NCBI GenBank assembly: GCA_045635085.1 | Contig: JAZRBM010000008.1 | Location: 142,936-206,935, forward strand | Length of the DNA: 64,000 nt | Direction of reading: 5' to 3' | DNA from: Congzhengia sp. | GTDB lineage: Bacteria > Bacillota > Clostridia > UBA1381 > UBA9506 | Part shown: positions 1-8,950 of the stretch, in pieces | How the letters are laid out: every line of letters begins with the position of its first letter | Numbering within the stretch: the stretch's first letter is position 1 | Position numbers and translations under genes: made by a program | The notes under the pieces: model-generated | Told to the model about the DNA's origin: nothing | Seen by the model: the letters and a program-made list of their open reading frames with translations, nothing else | Databases searched by the model: none

Positions 1-79
1 GCAGAATTGAGGGTATATTAAGTTTTTTTATTGCCAAAGCTTCAAGCTCTTGCATTTTTTCTTTTGTTACTGCTATCAT
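1..79 (-). CDS. NAD(P)H-hydrate repair enzyme (Nnr/YjeF N-terminal domain), 5' end only; runs off the window
   Basis: Not in ORF track. Minus-strand ATG at 79-77 follows AAGAGG. Translation MIAVTKEKMQELEALAIKKLNIPSIL resembles YjeF_N N-termini. Confidence 0.4.
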   Translation of the reverse strand, partial: MIAVTKEKMQELEALAIKKLNIPSIL

Positions 80-164
80 ATTATACCTCTTAAACAATTA
101 TTACTCTATATTTTATAATAAATACTGCATATTTACAAGGCTTTTTACAAAAATAATTTTTGTG

Positions 165-193
165 TTGCATCGGGTTATTTTTTGTGCTAAAAT
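165..193 (+). promoter_or_regulatory. sigma-A type promoter (TTGCAT-17-TAAAAT, TGn extended -10)
   Basis: -35 at 165-170, 17-nt spacer, -10 at 188-193; about 50 nt upstream of the 246 CDS. Confidence 0.5.
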
Positions 194-245
194 AGCACGT
201 GTAGGCGTTATAGCAACACTATAATATTTTTAAAAGGAGAGAAAA

Positions 246-725
246 ATGGGCTTATTAGAAGGTAGTTATGCAGGAAAAATGTTGCTGACATTTATTATGT
301 CCATGGTTCCTGTTGTAGAATTGCGAGGCGCTATCCCAATCGGTGTAGGATATGGCCTTAATATATGGTTGGCAGTTTTTCTTTCAATTGTTGGTAATAT
401 GCTTCCTGTTCCGTTTATTATGTTGTTTATAAGAAAGATATTTGCATGGATGAGAAAAACAAACAAAAAATTTGCAGGACTAGTTGACCGTATGGAGGCA
501 AAGGCTAAAAAGCACACAGACAAGGTTACAAAATATGGATTTTGGGGACTTTTGATAATTGTTGCAATTCCCTTGCCGGGAACAGGTGCCTGGACAGGGG
601 CGTTGGTTGCTGCGATGATGGAATTAAGATTTAAAACAGCGCTTCCGGCAATATTTTTTGGAGTTGTGACAGCTGCCATAATAGTTACTTTTATTACCTA
701 TGGAGTTTCAGTACTTGCTTTTTAA
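246..725 (+). CDS. small multidrug-export family membrane protein (COG2426-like)
   Basis: 159 aa with 4 hydrophobic segments and motif VPVVELRGAIPIG. RBS AAGGAGAG lies upstream. Confidence 0.65.
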   Translation: MGLLEGSYAGKMLLTFIMSMVPVVELRGAIPIGVGYGLNIWLAVFLSIVGNMLPVPFIMLFIRKIFAWMRKTNKKFAGLVDRMEAKAKKHTDKVTKYGFWGLLIIVAIPLPGTGAWTGALVAAMMELRFKTALPAIFFGVVTAAIIVTFITYGVSVLAF

Positions 726-728
726 ATT

Positions 729-1250
729 ATGATGAATTTTGATTTTTTGATTTTGGATTTTATAAATGAATATATAAAAAATCCGTTTTTTGATTTTTTG
801 ATGCCGAAGATTACAGCGCTTGGAAACGGCGGATTTATCTGGATTTTGTGCTCCGCTATCCTTTTGGCAATTCCAAAATATAGAAAAAGCGGAGTTGCAC
901 TGCTTTTTGGCCTTGCGCTCGGGCTACTTTTCGGCAATATGATACTAAAGCCGCTAATAGCAAGAGCAAGACCGTTTGAGTTAGTAGACGGAATTGAGCT
1001 TTTAATAGCTGCGCCGCTCGATTTTTCGTTTCCGTCGGGGCATACATTATCGTCTGCAACCGCGGCTATTGTGCTTACGATGACAAACAGAAGATTCGGG
1101 TATGTTGCTATTCCTTTAGCGCTTTTGATTTCTTTTTCAAGGCTTTATTTATATGTTCATTTTCCAACAGATATTTTGGGTGCTTTTGTTTTATCGGCAA
1201 TTATTTCAGCTATTATATATCTTATGTTTATTAGAAAAAAAGCTCTGTAG
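729..1250 (+). CDS. PAP2-family phosphatase (undecaprenyl-diphosphatase-like)
   Basis: PAP2 motifs KPLIARARP, PSGH and SRLYLYVHFPTD in a multi-TM protein. Confidence 0.8.
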   Translation: MMNFDFLILDFINEYIKNPFFDFLMPKITALGNGGFIWILCSAILLAIPKYRKSGVALLFGLALGLLFGNMILKPLIARARPFELVDGIELLIAAPLDFSFPSGHTLSSATAAIVLTMTNRRFGYVAIPLALLISFSRLYLYVHFPTDILGAFVLSAIISAIIYLMFIRKKAL

Positions 1251-1254
1251 ATTA

Positions 1255-2145
1255 CTACAGGGCTTTTATAATGTTTTTATTATCGTCAAAAATTTTTTTA
1301 AATTGTGTGATTGGAAGCGGATTTTTTCCTTTTCCGACTTCAATAGTAAAGGCTGGGATATTGAATTTTTCGATAACCCAATCTTTATATCCTGTGCAGT
1401 CTGTAAGACCATCGGCTAAAACTAACTGATATTTCGTAGTATCAGATATTTTTTTTGCTAGTTCATAAGCATCGGGGGCACACATTCCCTGATATTTATA
1501 AAAAATCTCTTCTCCCTGAGAATGATAAGCAATCACTATATCAGGAAGAATTTTTTTTGTAAAGTTAACAACTGCTTTAGTTTCCGGCTCGCTTTCCGGG
1601 TATTCTCCTGAGTATTTAGTGTAAGATGGCGCAAGTATTCCTTCGCGAAGCTGAATTTCCTTTCCTTTTTGAAAAGATGCGTCGTAGTTGTGATTTAGGT
1701 CAATCCCGCGGATATTTGATTGCCAGACATCTTTAAAATTGCCGCTACTCAAAATATCATAAAGCCTGTTTTTAATAAAAACGGGTAACTCAGGAGTTAT
1801 TCCGTTAATGGAAAGATTTACTCCGTCAGGGTTTACCATTGGTATAAAGTAGACGGTTTTTTCTTGCCAGACGGCAGTATCTCCTGATACATAGGATATA
1901 CACAAATCTTCTAAAAGTGCCGTTAAAAGCATTGATGTAATCCATTCACAACCGTGATGAGCGGCTGTTAGTATAATTTTCTTTTTGCCTTCTCCGAATT
2001 TTATAGAGTGAATTTCCTTCCCTAAAACAGAAAAACCGATAGTTTCGCTAAAAAGAAATGAATAGTTTTTAAAAATCATTTCTAAATCGTCAGAATACAC
2101 TTCGTATGTATATTTTCTGTCAGTTGTAATATGCGTGTTTTTCAT
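1255..2145 (-). CDS. M14-family zinc peptidase (gamma-D-glutamyl-diamino acid endopeptidase-like)
   Basis: HxxE zinc motif in AAHHGCEWITS, IPMVNPDG and DLNHNY are typical of M14 carboxypeptidases. Confidence 0.75.
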   Translation of the reverse strand: MKNTHITTDRKYTYEVYSDDLEMIFKNYSFLFSETIGFSVLGKEIHSIKFGEGKKKIILTAAHHGCEWITSMLLTALLEDLCISYVSGDTAVWQEKTVYFIPMVNPDGVNLSINGITPELPVFIKNRLYDILSSGNFKDVWQSNIRGIDLNHNYDASFQKGKEIQLREGILAPSYTKYSGEYPESEPETKAVVNFTKKILPDIVIAYHSQGEEIFYKYQGMCAPDAYELAKKISDTTKYQLVLADGLTDCTGYKDWVIEKFNIPAFTIEVGKGKNPLPITQFKKIFDDNKNIIKAL

Positions 2146-2221
2146 ATTCTCACCTCAGTTTAATTTATGAATATTTACAAGAAAAATTACACATAATACA
2201 GCTTGAAAGGGGAGAATTATT

Positions 2222-2950
2222 TTGAAAAAAGTGTATGTTAAGGCAAGACCAAAAAATGTAAAAAAATCACCTGCAAATGCATACATAATAGCGGTGTCAC
2301 TAAGCGCTATTTTATGTGCTGCGGTATTTTCTTTAATATTAAAGCCTGGTGATGAGCTGACAAAGGATATAAAAATAGAAATAGAAGACGCCAGTCCTGA
2401 AGAAATTGCACAGGTTTCAGAGCCGCTGGAAATAGAAGTCCCCATAACCAAGGAAATAGAGGAGATGCCAAAAGTAGAGGTAGTAGAGCCACAAACAGAA
2501 AGCGAAAAAACACAAAGTGTGCAAACAGGAGGTTTTACTGCAGAAGAGGTTAAGTTTATGATGCCTGTAACGGGCGAAATAATTAATGATTATTCTTCTT
2601 CACGCCCTGTAAAGTCAAAAACAACAGGCGAGTGGCGAACTCATAACGGAATAGATATAAAAGCACCGTCAGGAGAAAATGTAAAGGCTCCCTCTGACGG
2701 AAAGGTAATAATTTCTGAAAATAACAAGTTAACGGGAAATACCATATCAATTGAACATAAAGACGGATTTGTTTCAACGCTTTATAATTTAGGGAGCATA
2801 AGCGTGTCAGCAGGCAGTAAGGTGTCGGCAGGAGACGTGGTCGGAACAGTAGGAAACAGCGCGATTTTAGAAAATTCGGATGAGGCGCACGTTCATTTTG
2901 AGCTGGAAAAAGACAAAAAGATTGTAAACCCAAAAGAATATATAAAATAA
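2222..2950 (+). CDS. membrane-anchored M23 (LytM) metallopeptidase, SpoIIQ-like architecture
   Basis: TTG start after GGGGAG. N-terminal TM segment and acidic linker, with intact LytM motifs HNGIDI (HxxxD) and HVHFE (HxH). Confidence 0.8.
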   Translation: MKKVYVKARPKNVKKSPANAYIIAVSLSAILCAAVFSLILKPGDELTKDIKIEIEDASPEEIAQVSEPLEIEVPITKEIEEMPKVEVVEPQTESEKTQSVQTGGFTAEEVKFMMPVTGEIINDYSSSRPVKSKTTGEWRTHNGIDIKAPSGENVKAPSDGKVIISENNKLTGNTISIEHKDGFVSTLYNLGSISVSAGSKVSAGDVVGTVGNSAILENSDEAHVHFELEKDKKIVNPKEYIK

Positions 2951-2995
2951 AGAGTAAACAAGCGCTGAAGATGCCGAAGTTTTTGTAAAATTATC

Positions 2996-3024
2996 TTGAC
3001 TTTTGAAAGATAATGTGCTAAAAT
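2996..3024 (+). promoter_or_regulatory. sigma-A type promoter of the T-box operon (TTGACT-17-TAAAAT)
   Basis: -35 at 2996-3001, 17-nt spacer with TGc, -10 at 3019-3024. Confidence 0.6.
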
Positions 3025-3038
3025 AATTTTAATTTCAT

Positions 3039-3302
3039 AAAGGCGATGACCAGAAACAAGTAGGTATGTCTGGAGTTTTGAGAGAGTTGCCGGTTGGTGC
3101 GAGGCAATAACGAATGCATACTGAATACATTTTGTGAGCTGCGCACTGAACTTTTAGTAGGCTGCGACGGGCGTTCCCGTTATAGAACTAGGGTATGTTA
3201 GTACCCAACAAGGCTCAAGTCGTGAGATTTGAGTGAACCGAGGTGGTACCACGAGATTATGTCTCGTCCTCTGGATTAAATCTTGAGGGCGGGATTTTTT
3301 TT
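3039..3302 (+). promoter_or_regulatory. T-box riboswitch leader, specifier codon UAC (tRNA-Tyr)
   Basis: Stem I elements are GCGATGA K-turn, AGTA, AGAGAG and GGTGCGAG. The specifier loop reads GAA-TAC-A (3123-3129). F-box CCGTTA is present. The T-box sequence AACCGAGGTGGTACCACGAG (3236-3255) competes with the terminator. Confidence 0.9.
3263..3302 (+). terminator. intrinsic terminator of the T-box leader
   Basis: 9-bp stem CTCGTCCTC/GAGGGCGGG (2 G-U pairs) followed by T8. Its 5' arm is shared with the antiterminator helix. Confidence 0.85.
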
Positions 3303-3339
3303 GTATTCTGCCCAAAATTCAGAAAGGGTGGAAATTTTT

Positions 3340-4884
3340 ATGTTAATCAAAATCAGTTTATTGGTAGTCTTTTTTGCAGTTACGATAGGTATTGGTATCT
3401 ACTGCAGAAAACATTCAACCGATGTTAGCGGGTTTGTTCTGGGCGGACGCTCAGTAGGTCCCTGGCTTACGGCTTTTGCATACGGCACATCGTATTTTTC
3501 TGCCGTTATCTTTGTAGGCTATGCAGGTCAGTTTGGCTGGAAGTTCGGTATTGCTTCTACCTGGATTGGCGTAGGTAACGCTGTTTTAGGGTCGCTTCTT
3601 GCATGGATTGTATTAGGAAGAAGAACGCGACTTATGACAAATCATTTACATAGTTCAACAATGCCCGATTTTTTTGGAAAAAGATATTTAAGTCCTGCAC
3701 TTAAAATTGCAGCGTCGGTTATAGTGTTTATATTTTTAATTCCCTACACAGCATCGCTTTACAATGGTTTATCAAGACTGTTTTCTATGGCGTTTCCCGG
3801 TGTTGAATACTCAACATGCGTTGTAGTAATGGCTATTTTAACCGGTATTTACGTTGTAGCAGGGGGATACATGGCGACAGCTGTCAACGACTTTATTCAG
3901 GGAATTATAATGCTTGTCGGTATTTGCGCTGTAATCGCTGCAGTATTGTCGCAAAATGGCGGGTTTATGCAGTCGCTTTCGGGTCTTGCTGCAGTTGAGT
4001 TAGAAGGTGCTTCGCCCGGCGTGTTCAATTCTTTCTTCGGGCCTGACCCGATGGGCCTTTTATCCGTTGTGGTTCTTACGTCGCTCGGCACATGGGGACT
4101 TCCTCAGATGGTACAGAAATTTTATGCTATAAAAAGCGAAAAGGATATTTCAAAAGGCACAATAATTTCAACAATTTTTGCAGTTGTTGTTGCAGGCGGT
4201 TGCTACTTTTTAGGCGGATTCGGAAGGCTGTTTTCAGATAAACTCACTTTTTTGGCAGATGGCTCAATTGAGGGTGGATTTGATACAATTATTCCTGCGA
4301 TGTTATCAGGACTTCCTGATATTTTAATCGCAATTGTTATAATTTTGGTGTTGTCTGCATCGATGTCTACTTTATCATCGTTGGTTCTGACTTCAAGCTC
4401 AACGCTGACGCTTGACCTCATTAAAGACCACCTCGTTAAAAATATGAGCGAGAAAAAGCAAATCCTTATTATGAGGGCACTTGTTGCGGTGTTTATAGTT
4501 ATTTCAGCAGTTATTGCGTTAAATAAAGATAAACTGTCCGCAATTGCAGATATGATGGGTATTTCCTGGGGAGCACTTGCCGGGGCGTTCTTGGCACCGT
4601 TTTTATACGGGTTATATTTTAAGCGTGCGACAAAAGCATCTGTTTGGGCAAGTTTTATTACAGGATGCGGAATTATGGTTTTAAATATGCTTTTCCGCCC
4701 GCTGTTTCCGGCGTTTATGCAATCTCCGATTCAGTGCGGAGTTGTGGTGATGCTTTCAGGACTTGTGATTGTACCCGTTGTAAGCTTGATTACACCTAAG
4801 ATTGCACCTGATAAAACAGAAGAAATGTTTAGTTGTTACCACCAGAAAGTAACAGTTAATAAACTGGATTCATTGGGCGAATAA
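3340..4884 (+). CDS. sodium:solute symporter (SSS) family transporter
   Basis: About 13 TM segments with SSS-like GGRSVGPW and TWGLPQMVQKFYA. I place the start at ATG 3340 (RBS AAGGGTGGA), because the track start 3283 lies inside the terminator hairpin. Confidence 0.85.
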   Translation: MLIKISLLVVFFAVTIGIGIYCRKHSTDVSGFVLGGRSVGPWLTAFAYGTSYFSAVIFVGYAGQFGWKFGIASTWIGVGNAVLGSLLAWIVLGRRTRLMTNHLHSSTMPDFFGKRYLSPALKIAASVIVFIFLIPYTASLYNGLSRLFSMAFPGVEYSTCVVVMAILTGIYVVAGGYMATAVNDFIQGIIMLVGICAVIAAVLSQNGGFMQSLSGLAAVELEGASPGVFNSFFGPDPMGLLSVVVLTSLGTWGLPQMVQKFYAIKSEKDISKGTIISTIFAVVVAGGCYFLGGFGRLFSDKLTFLADGSIEGGFDTIIPAMLSGLPDILIAIVIILVLSASMSTLSSLVLTSSSTLTLDLIKDHLVKNMSEKKQILIMRALVAVFIVISAVIALNKDKLSAIADMMGISWGALAGAFLAPFLYGLYFKRATKASVWASFITGCGIMVLNMLFRPLFPAFMQSPIQCGVVVMLSGLVIVPVVSLITPKIAPDKTEEMFSCYHQKVTVNKLDSLGE

Positions 4885-4906
4885 GAGAAGTTGAGAGGAA
4901 AAGATA

Positions 4907-6544
4907 ATGCCAATTACAGAAATTCTACAAAAAAACGCAGATTTTTATCCAAATGATGTCAGCTTGGTAGAAATTAACCCCAAGCACGAATCACAAACCC
5001 TTACAACATGGCGCGAATACTCTTTGATTGAGAGCAATTCACGTGAAGTTTACAGAAAGGAAATTACATGGAGTGAGTTTAATAAGCGTGCAAACCGTTT
5101 TGCAAACTTTTTGCTCTCCAGAGGGGTTAAAAAGGGTGACAAAGTAGCAATTCTTTTGATGAACTGCTTAGAGTGGCTGCCCATATACTTTGGTATACTA
5201 AAGGCAGGAGCGCTGGCTGTTCCATTAAATTATCGCTACACATCTGAAGAAATAAAGTATTGTCTTGATTTGTCAGATTCTGACATAATTATATTTGGTC
5301 CTGAATTTACAGGTCGTATTGAGGATATATGCACGCGCGTGAAGCATGTTAAAATGTGGCTTTATTTGGGAGAAGATTGTCCGACATTTGCAGAGAGCTA
5401 TGATGAACTTACGCTTTATTGCTCATCGAAAGCGCCTGCCATTAAATTGACAGATGATGACGATGCCGCGATATATTTTTCATCAGGCACAACGGGATTC
5501 CCAAAAGCTATACTTCACAATCATCAAAGCTTAGTTCATGCAGCGATGACTGAACAGGCACATCATGGACAAACAAAGGATGATGTGTTCTTGTGCATTC
5601 CCCCGCTTTATCATACAGGAGCAAAGATGCACTGGTTCGGAAGCTTCTTAGTCGGTGGCAAGGCGGTCTTATTAAAGGGAATAAAGCCAGAATGGATATT
5701 AAAAACAGCGTCTGAAGAAAAGTGCTCTATCGTGTGGTTATTAGTTCCGTGGGCACAGGACATTTTAGATGCTATTGAGCGTGGAGAAATTAATCTTGAC
5801 AATTACGAGCTTTCTCAATGGAGATTGATGCATATTGGTGCTCAACCGGTGCCGCCAAGCCTGATTAAGCGCTGGAAATCGATTTTCCCGAATCACGCAT
5901 ATGATACAAACTACGGTCTTTCTGAATCAATCGGACCGGGCTGCGTTCATTTGGGTGTTGATAACGAACACAAGGTTGGCGCTATAGGAAAAGCAGGTTT
6001 TGGTTGGGAGACAAAGATTGTCGATGAAAACAAAAATGAAGTTGCACGTGGCGAGGTTGGCGAACTCTTAGTTAAAGGTCCGGGTGTTATGACCTGCTAC
6101 TATAAAGATGAAGCGGCAACGAATGATGTTTTATCTGATGGCTGGCTCTATACCGGCGATATGGCGCAGGAGGACGAGGATGGATTTATTTTCCTGGTTG
6201 ACAGAAAGAAGGACGTTATAATCTCAGGCGGTGAAAATCTATACCCTGTGCAGATTGAAGATTTCTTAAGGAAAAACACAGCAATCTCTGATGTGGCAGT
6301 AATTGGTCTGCCGGATAGTCGTCTTGGCGAAATTGCAGCGGCAATCATTCAGGTAAAAGAGGGTATGACACTTACAGAAGAGGATGTAGTTGATTTTTGT
6401 CTGGATATGCCAAGGTACAAGCGCCCTCACAGAATAATTTTTGCAGATGTTCCAAGAAATCCCACAGGAAAAATAGAAAAGCCCAAGCTTCGCCAGATTT
6501 ACTGCGGAGAAAGCGTTGTTGCACAGCAGAACGAAATAAATTAA
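4907..6544 (+). CDS. AMP-forming acyl/aryl-CoA ligase (ANL superfamily)
   Basis: Motifs YFSSGTTGFPKA, YGLSE, GWLYTGDMA and KDVIISGGENLYP, with C-terminal PRNPTGKIEK. Confidence 0.85.
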   Translation: MPITEILQKNADFYPNDVSLVEINPKHESQTLTTWREYSLIESNSREVYRKEITWSEFNKRANRFANFLLSRGVKKGDKVAILLMNCLEWLPIYFGILKAGALAVPLNYRYTSEEIKYCLDLSDSDIIIFGPEFTGRIEDICTRVKHVKMWLYLGEDCPTFAESYDELTLYCSSKAPAIKLTDDDDAAIYFSSGTTGFPKAILHNHQSLVHAAMTEQAHHGQTKDDVFLCIPPLYHTGAKMHWFGSFLVGGKAVLLKGIKPEWILKTASEEKCSIVWLLVPWAQDILDAIERGEINLDNYELSQWRLMHIGAQPVPPSLIKRWKSIFPNHAYDTNYGLSESIGPGCVHLGVDNEHKVGAIGKAGFGWETKIVDENKNEVARGEVGELLVKGPGVMTCYYKDEAATNDVLSDGWLYTGDMAQEDEDGFIFLVDRKKDVIISGGENLYPVQIEDFLRKNTAISDVAVIGLPDSRLGEIAAAIIQVKEGMTLTEEDVVDFCLDMPRYKRPHRIIFADVPRNPTGKIEKPKLRQIYCGESVVAQQNEIN

Positions 6545-6630
6545 TTGGCAAAAAATTATAATACTTGATTATTGGTATATTTAATGTCATAATATAAAGA
6601 TAGATATACATACAGGAAGGAAAAATGGTA

Positions 6631-8367
6631 ATGAAGAAATTATTACTCGGCAATGCTGCAGTAGCTCGCGGTGCTTATGAAGCAGGTGTTGGTGTTGTTG
6701 CATCGTATCCTGGTACACCGAGTACCGAGATTACTGAAGAAATTGTAAAATTTGAAGAAATATACGCAGAATGGTCCCCTAATGAAAAGGTGGCGGCAGA
6801 AGTTGCAATAGGTGCATCTATTGCAGGTTCAAGAGCTATGAGTTGTATGAAGCACGTTGGATTAAATGTTATGGCAGACCCTGTTTTTACTGTTAGTTAT
6901 ACAGGCGTAAATGGTGGTTTGGTTTTCTGTGTGGCAGATGACCCTGGTATGCACTCGTCTCAAAACGAACAGGATTCAAGACACTATGCCCGCGCTTCTA
7001 AAATTATGATGCTCGAGCCTGCTGATTCATCAGAATGTAAAGAGTTTACAAAGATGGCATTTTCTTTATCGGAAAAGTTTGACACACCTGTATTTATAAG
7101 ACTTTCAACGCGTGTATCACACTCACAGAGCCTGGTTGAGCTTGGAGAGCGTGAAGAAATAGCGCTAAAGCCTTATGAAAAGAATATCGGCAAATTCGTT
7201 ATGATGCCTGCAAACGCGATTAAACGTCACGTTGCAGTTGAAGAAAGAATAAAGGCTCAGGAAGAATTTGCAGAAAATACCGAGCTTAATGCAATAGAAG
7301 AAAATGGGGCAAAAATCGGCGTAGTTTCAGCAGGTATTGCTTATATGTATGCTAAGGAAGCACTAGGTAATGAAGCTGATTATCTAAAACTCGGTATGGT
7401 TTACCCACTGCCTACAAAAAAGATTATAGACTTTGCTAAAAAGTACGACAAGGTTTATGTTATAGAAGAATTAGACCCGATTATTGAGACTCATTTAAGA
7501 GCGCTTGGTATTGATTGTATAGGAAAAGAGGCGTTCACACTACTTGGTGAATATACTCCTAATATGATAAGGGAGGCTGTTTTAGGAAAGGCAGCACCAA
7601 AGAGTGCTACAATCGATGAAGCAATCCCTGTCCGCCCGCCGGTTATGTGTGCAGGTTGTCCTCACAGAGGAACTTTTTATGTTCTTAAAAAACTGGGCCT
7701 TGTAGTTTCAGGAGATATAGGCTGCTATACCTTAGGGGCAGTTGCGCCTCTTCAGTCAGTTGATACTACAATCTGTATGGGAGCATCAGTCAGTGCAGCT
7801 CACGGTATGGCGAAGGCAAGAGGGGCTGAATTTAACAAAAAGCTTGTTTCTGTTATAGGTGATTCAACCTTTATGCATTCAGGCATTACAGGACTCGTTG
7901 ATATTGTTTACAATAAGGGAAACAATACGGTAATCATTCTGGATAATTCTATAACCGGTATGACCGGTCATCAGGAAAACCCGACAACAGGAAAAACAAT
8001 CCGTGGCGAGGCGACAAAGCAGGTTGATTTAATAAAGCTTTGTAATGCCATAGGTATTGATCACGTTGTTGTGGCTGACCCGTTTGATGTAAAAGGCTTT
8101 GAAAAGGTTGTAAAAGAGGAAGTAGAAAGAGAAGAACCATCAGTTATTATTGCGCAGCGTCCTTGTGCACTTTTAAAAGGCGTAAAATATGTTGGACATT
8201 GCAAGATTACAGATAAATGTAAGAACTGTAAAATGTGTATGAAGCTGGGTTGCCCTGCTATTTCAATAAAAGAAAATAAGGTCGTAATAGATGTAACACA
8301 ATGTAACGGTTGTGGACTTTGTGTAAATGTTTGCCCGTTTGAAGCAATAAAGAAGGAGGATGAGTAA
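6631..8367 (+). CDS. iorA: indolepyruvate:ferredoxin oxidoreductase alpha subunit
   Basis: MKKLLLGNAAVARGAYEAG N-terminus, TPP-binding GDSTFMHSG, and C-terminal 2x[4Fe-4S] CxxCxxCxxxCP motifs. ATG 6625 is an alternative start. Confidence 0.9.
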   Translation: MKKLLLGNAAVARGAYEAGVGVVASYPGTPSTEITEEIVKFEEIYAEWSPNEKVAAEVAIGASIAGSRAMSCMKHVGLNVMADPVFTVSYTGVNGGLVFCVADDPGMHSSQNEQDSRHYARASKIMMLEPADSSECKEFTKMAFSLSEKFDTPVFIRLSTRVSHSQSLVELGEREEIALKPYEKNIGKFVMMPANAIKRHVAVEERIKAQEEFAENTELNAIEENGAKIGVVSAGIAYMYAKEALGNEADYLKLGMVYPLPTKKIIDFAKKYDKVYVIEELDPIIETHLRALGIDCIGKEAFTLLGEYTPNMIREAVLGKAAPKSATIDEAIPVRPPVMCAGCPHRGTFYVLKKLGLVVSGDIGCYTLGAVAPLQSVDTTICMGASVSAAHGMAKARGAEFNKKLVSVIGDSTFMHSGITGLVDIVYNKGNNTVIILDNSITGMTGHQENPTTGKTIRGEATKQVDLIKLCNAIGIDHVVVADPFDVKGFEKVVKEEVEREEPSVIIAQRPCALLKGVKYVGHCKITDKCKNCKMCMKLGCPAISIKENKVVIDVTQCNGCGLCVNVCPFEAIKKEDE

Positions 8368-8369
8368 CC

Positions 8370-8945
8370 ATGACTAAAAATATAATGATAGTTGGTGTTG
8401 GCGGTCAGGGTACACTCCTTGCCAGCAGAATTCTGGGAAACACAGTTATAAATGAAGGCTTTGACGTTAAGGTGTCAGAGGTTCACGGTATGAGCCAGCG
8501 CGGTGGTAGCGTTGTAACCTATGTAAAATATGGCGAAAAGGTATTTTCTCCTATTATCGATAAGGGTGAAGCAGATATTATTTTAGCTTTTGAGATGCTT
8601 GAGGCATATCGTGCACTTCCTTTTCTTAAAAGCGGCGGAAAGATAATCGTAAACGGACAAAAAATGAATCCGATGCCTGTAATTACAGGAGCTTGTGAAT
8701 ACCCTGAAAACATTGCAGAAAAAATTGCTCAAAAAGCGCATGTCACCGTAATTGATGCACTGTCACTTGCAAAGGAAGCAGGAAACATAAAAGCAGTTAA
8801 CGTTGTTTTGATAGGCCTTATGGCAAAGTCTACCGACATCGCATACGATAAATGGGTACAGACAATTAAGACAACTGTTCCTGAAAAGTTTCTGGATGTG
8901 AATTTAAAGGCTTTTGATTTAGGGTATGGAATTGAAAGTAAATGA
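8370..8945 (+). CDS. iorB: indolepyruvate:ferredoxin oxidoreductase beta subunit
   Basis: IVGVGGQGTLLASRILG and SQRGGSV motifs. Starts 2 nt after iorA. Confidence 0.9.
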   Translation: MTKNIMIVGVGGQGTLLASRILGNTVINEGFDVKVSEVHGMSQRGGSVVTYVKYGEKVFSPIIDKGEADIILAFEMLEAYRALPFLKSGGKIIVNGQKMNPMPVITGACEYPENIAEKIAQKAHVTVIDALSLAKEAGNIKAVNVVLIGLMAKSTDIAYDKWVQTIKTTVPEKFLDVNLKAFDLGYGIESK

Positions 8946-8950
8946 TAAAA

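Noticed and set aside
3115-3117. Alternative T-box specifier GAA-TGC-A (Cys), a few nt upstream of the UAC candidate
   Set aside because: The sequence before it (GCAATAAC) cannot pair with the helix that follows AGTA. In contrast, GCATACT immediately before GAA-TAC-A forms a 7-bp helix with GGTATGT, matching the canonical stem I layout.
3283-3339. Track start (TTG 3283) for the SSS transporter, adding 19 residues MRAGFFLYSAQNSERVEIF
   Set aside because: It lies inside the T-box terminator hairpin and T-run and has no RBS. ATG 3340 has AAGGGTGGA upstream and begins directly with the first TM helix.
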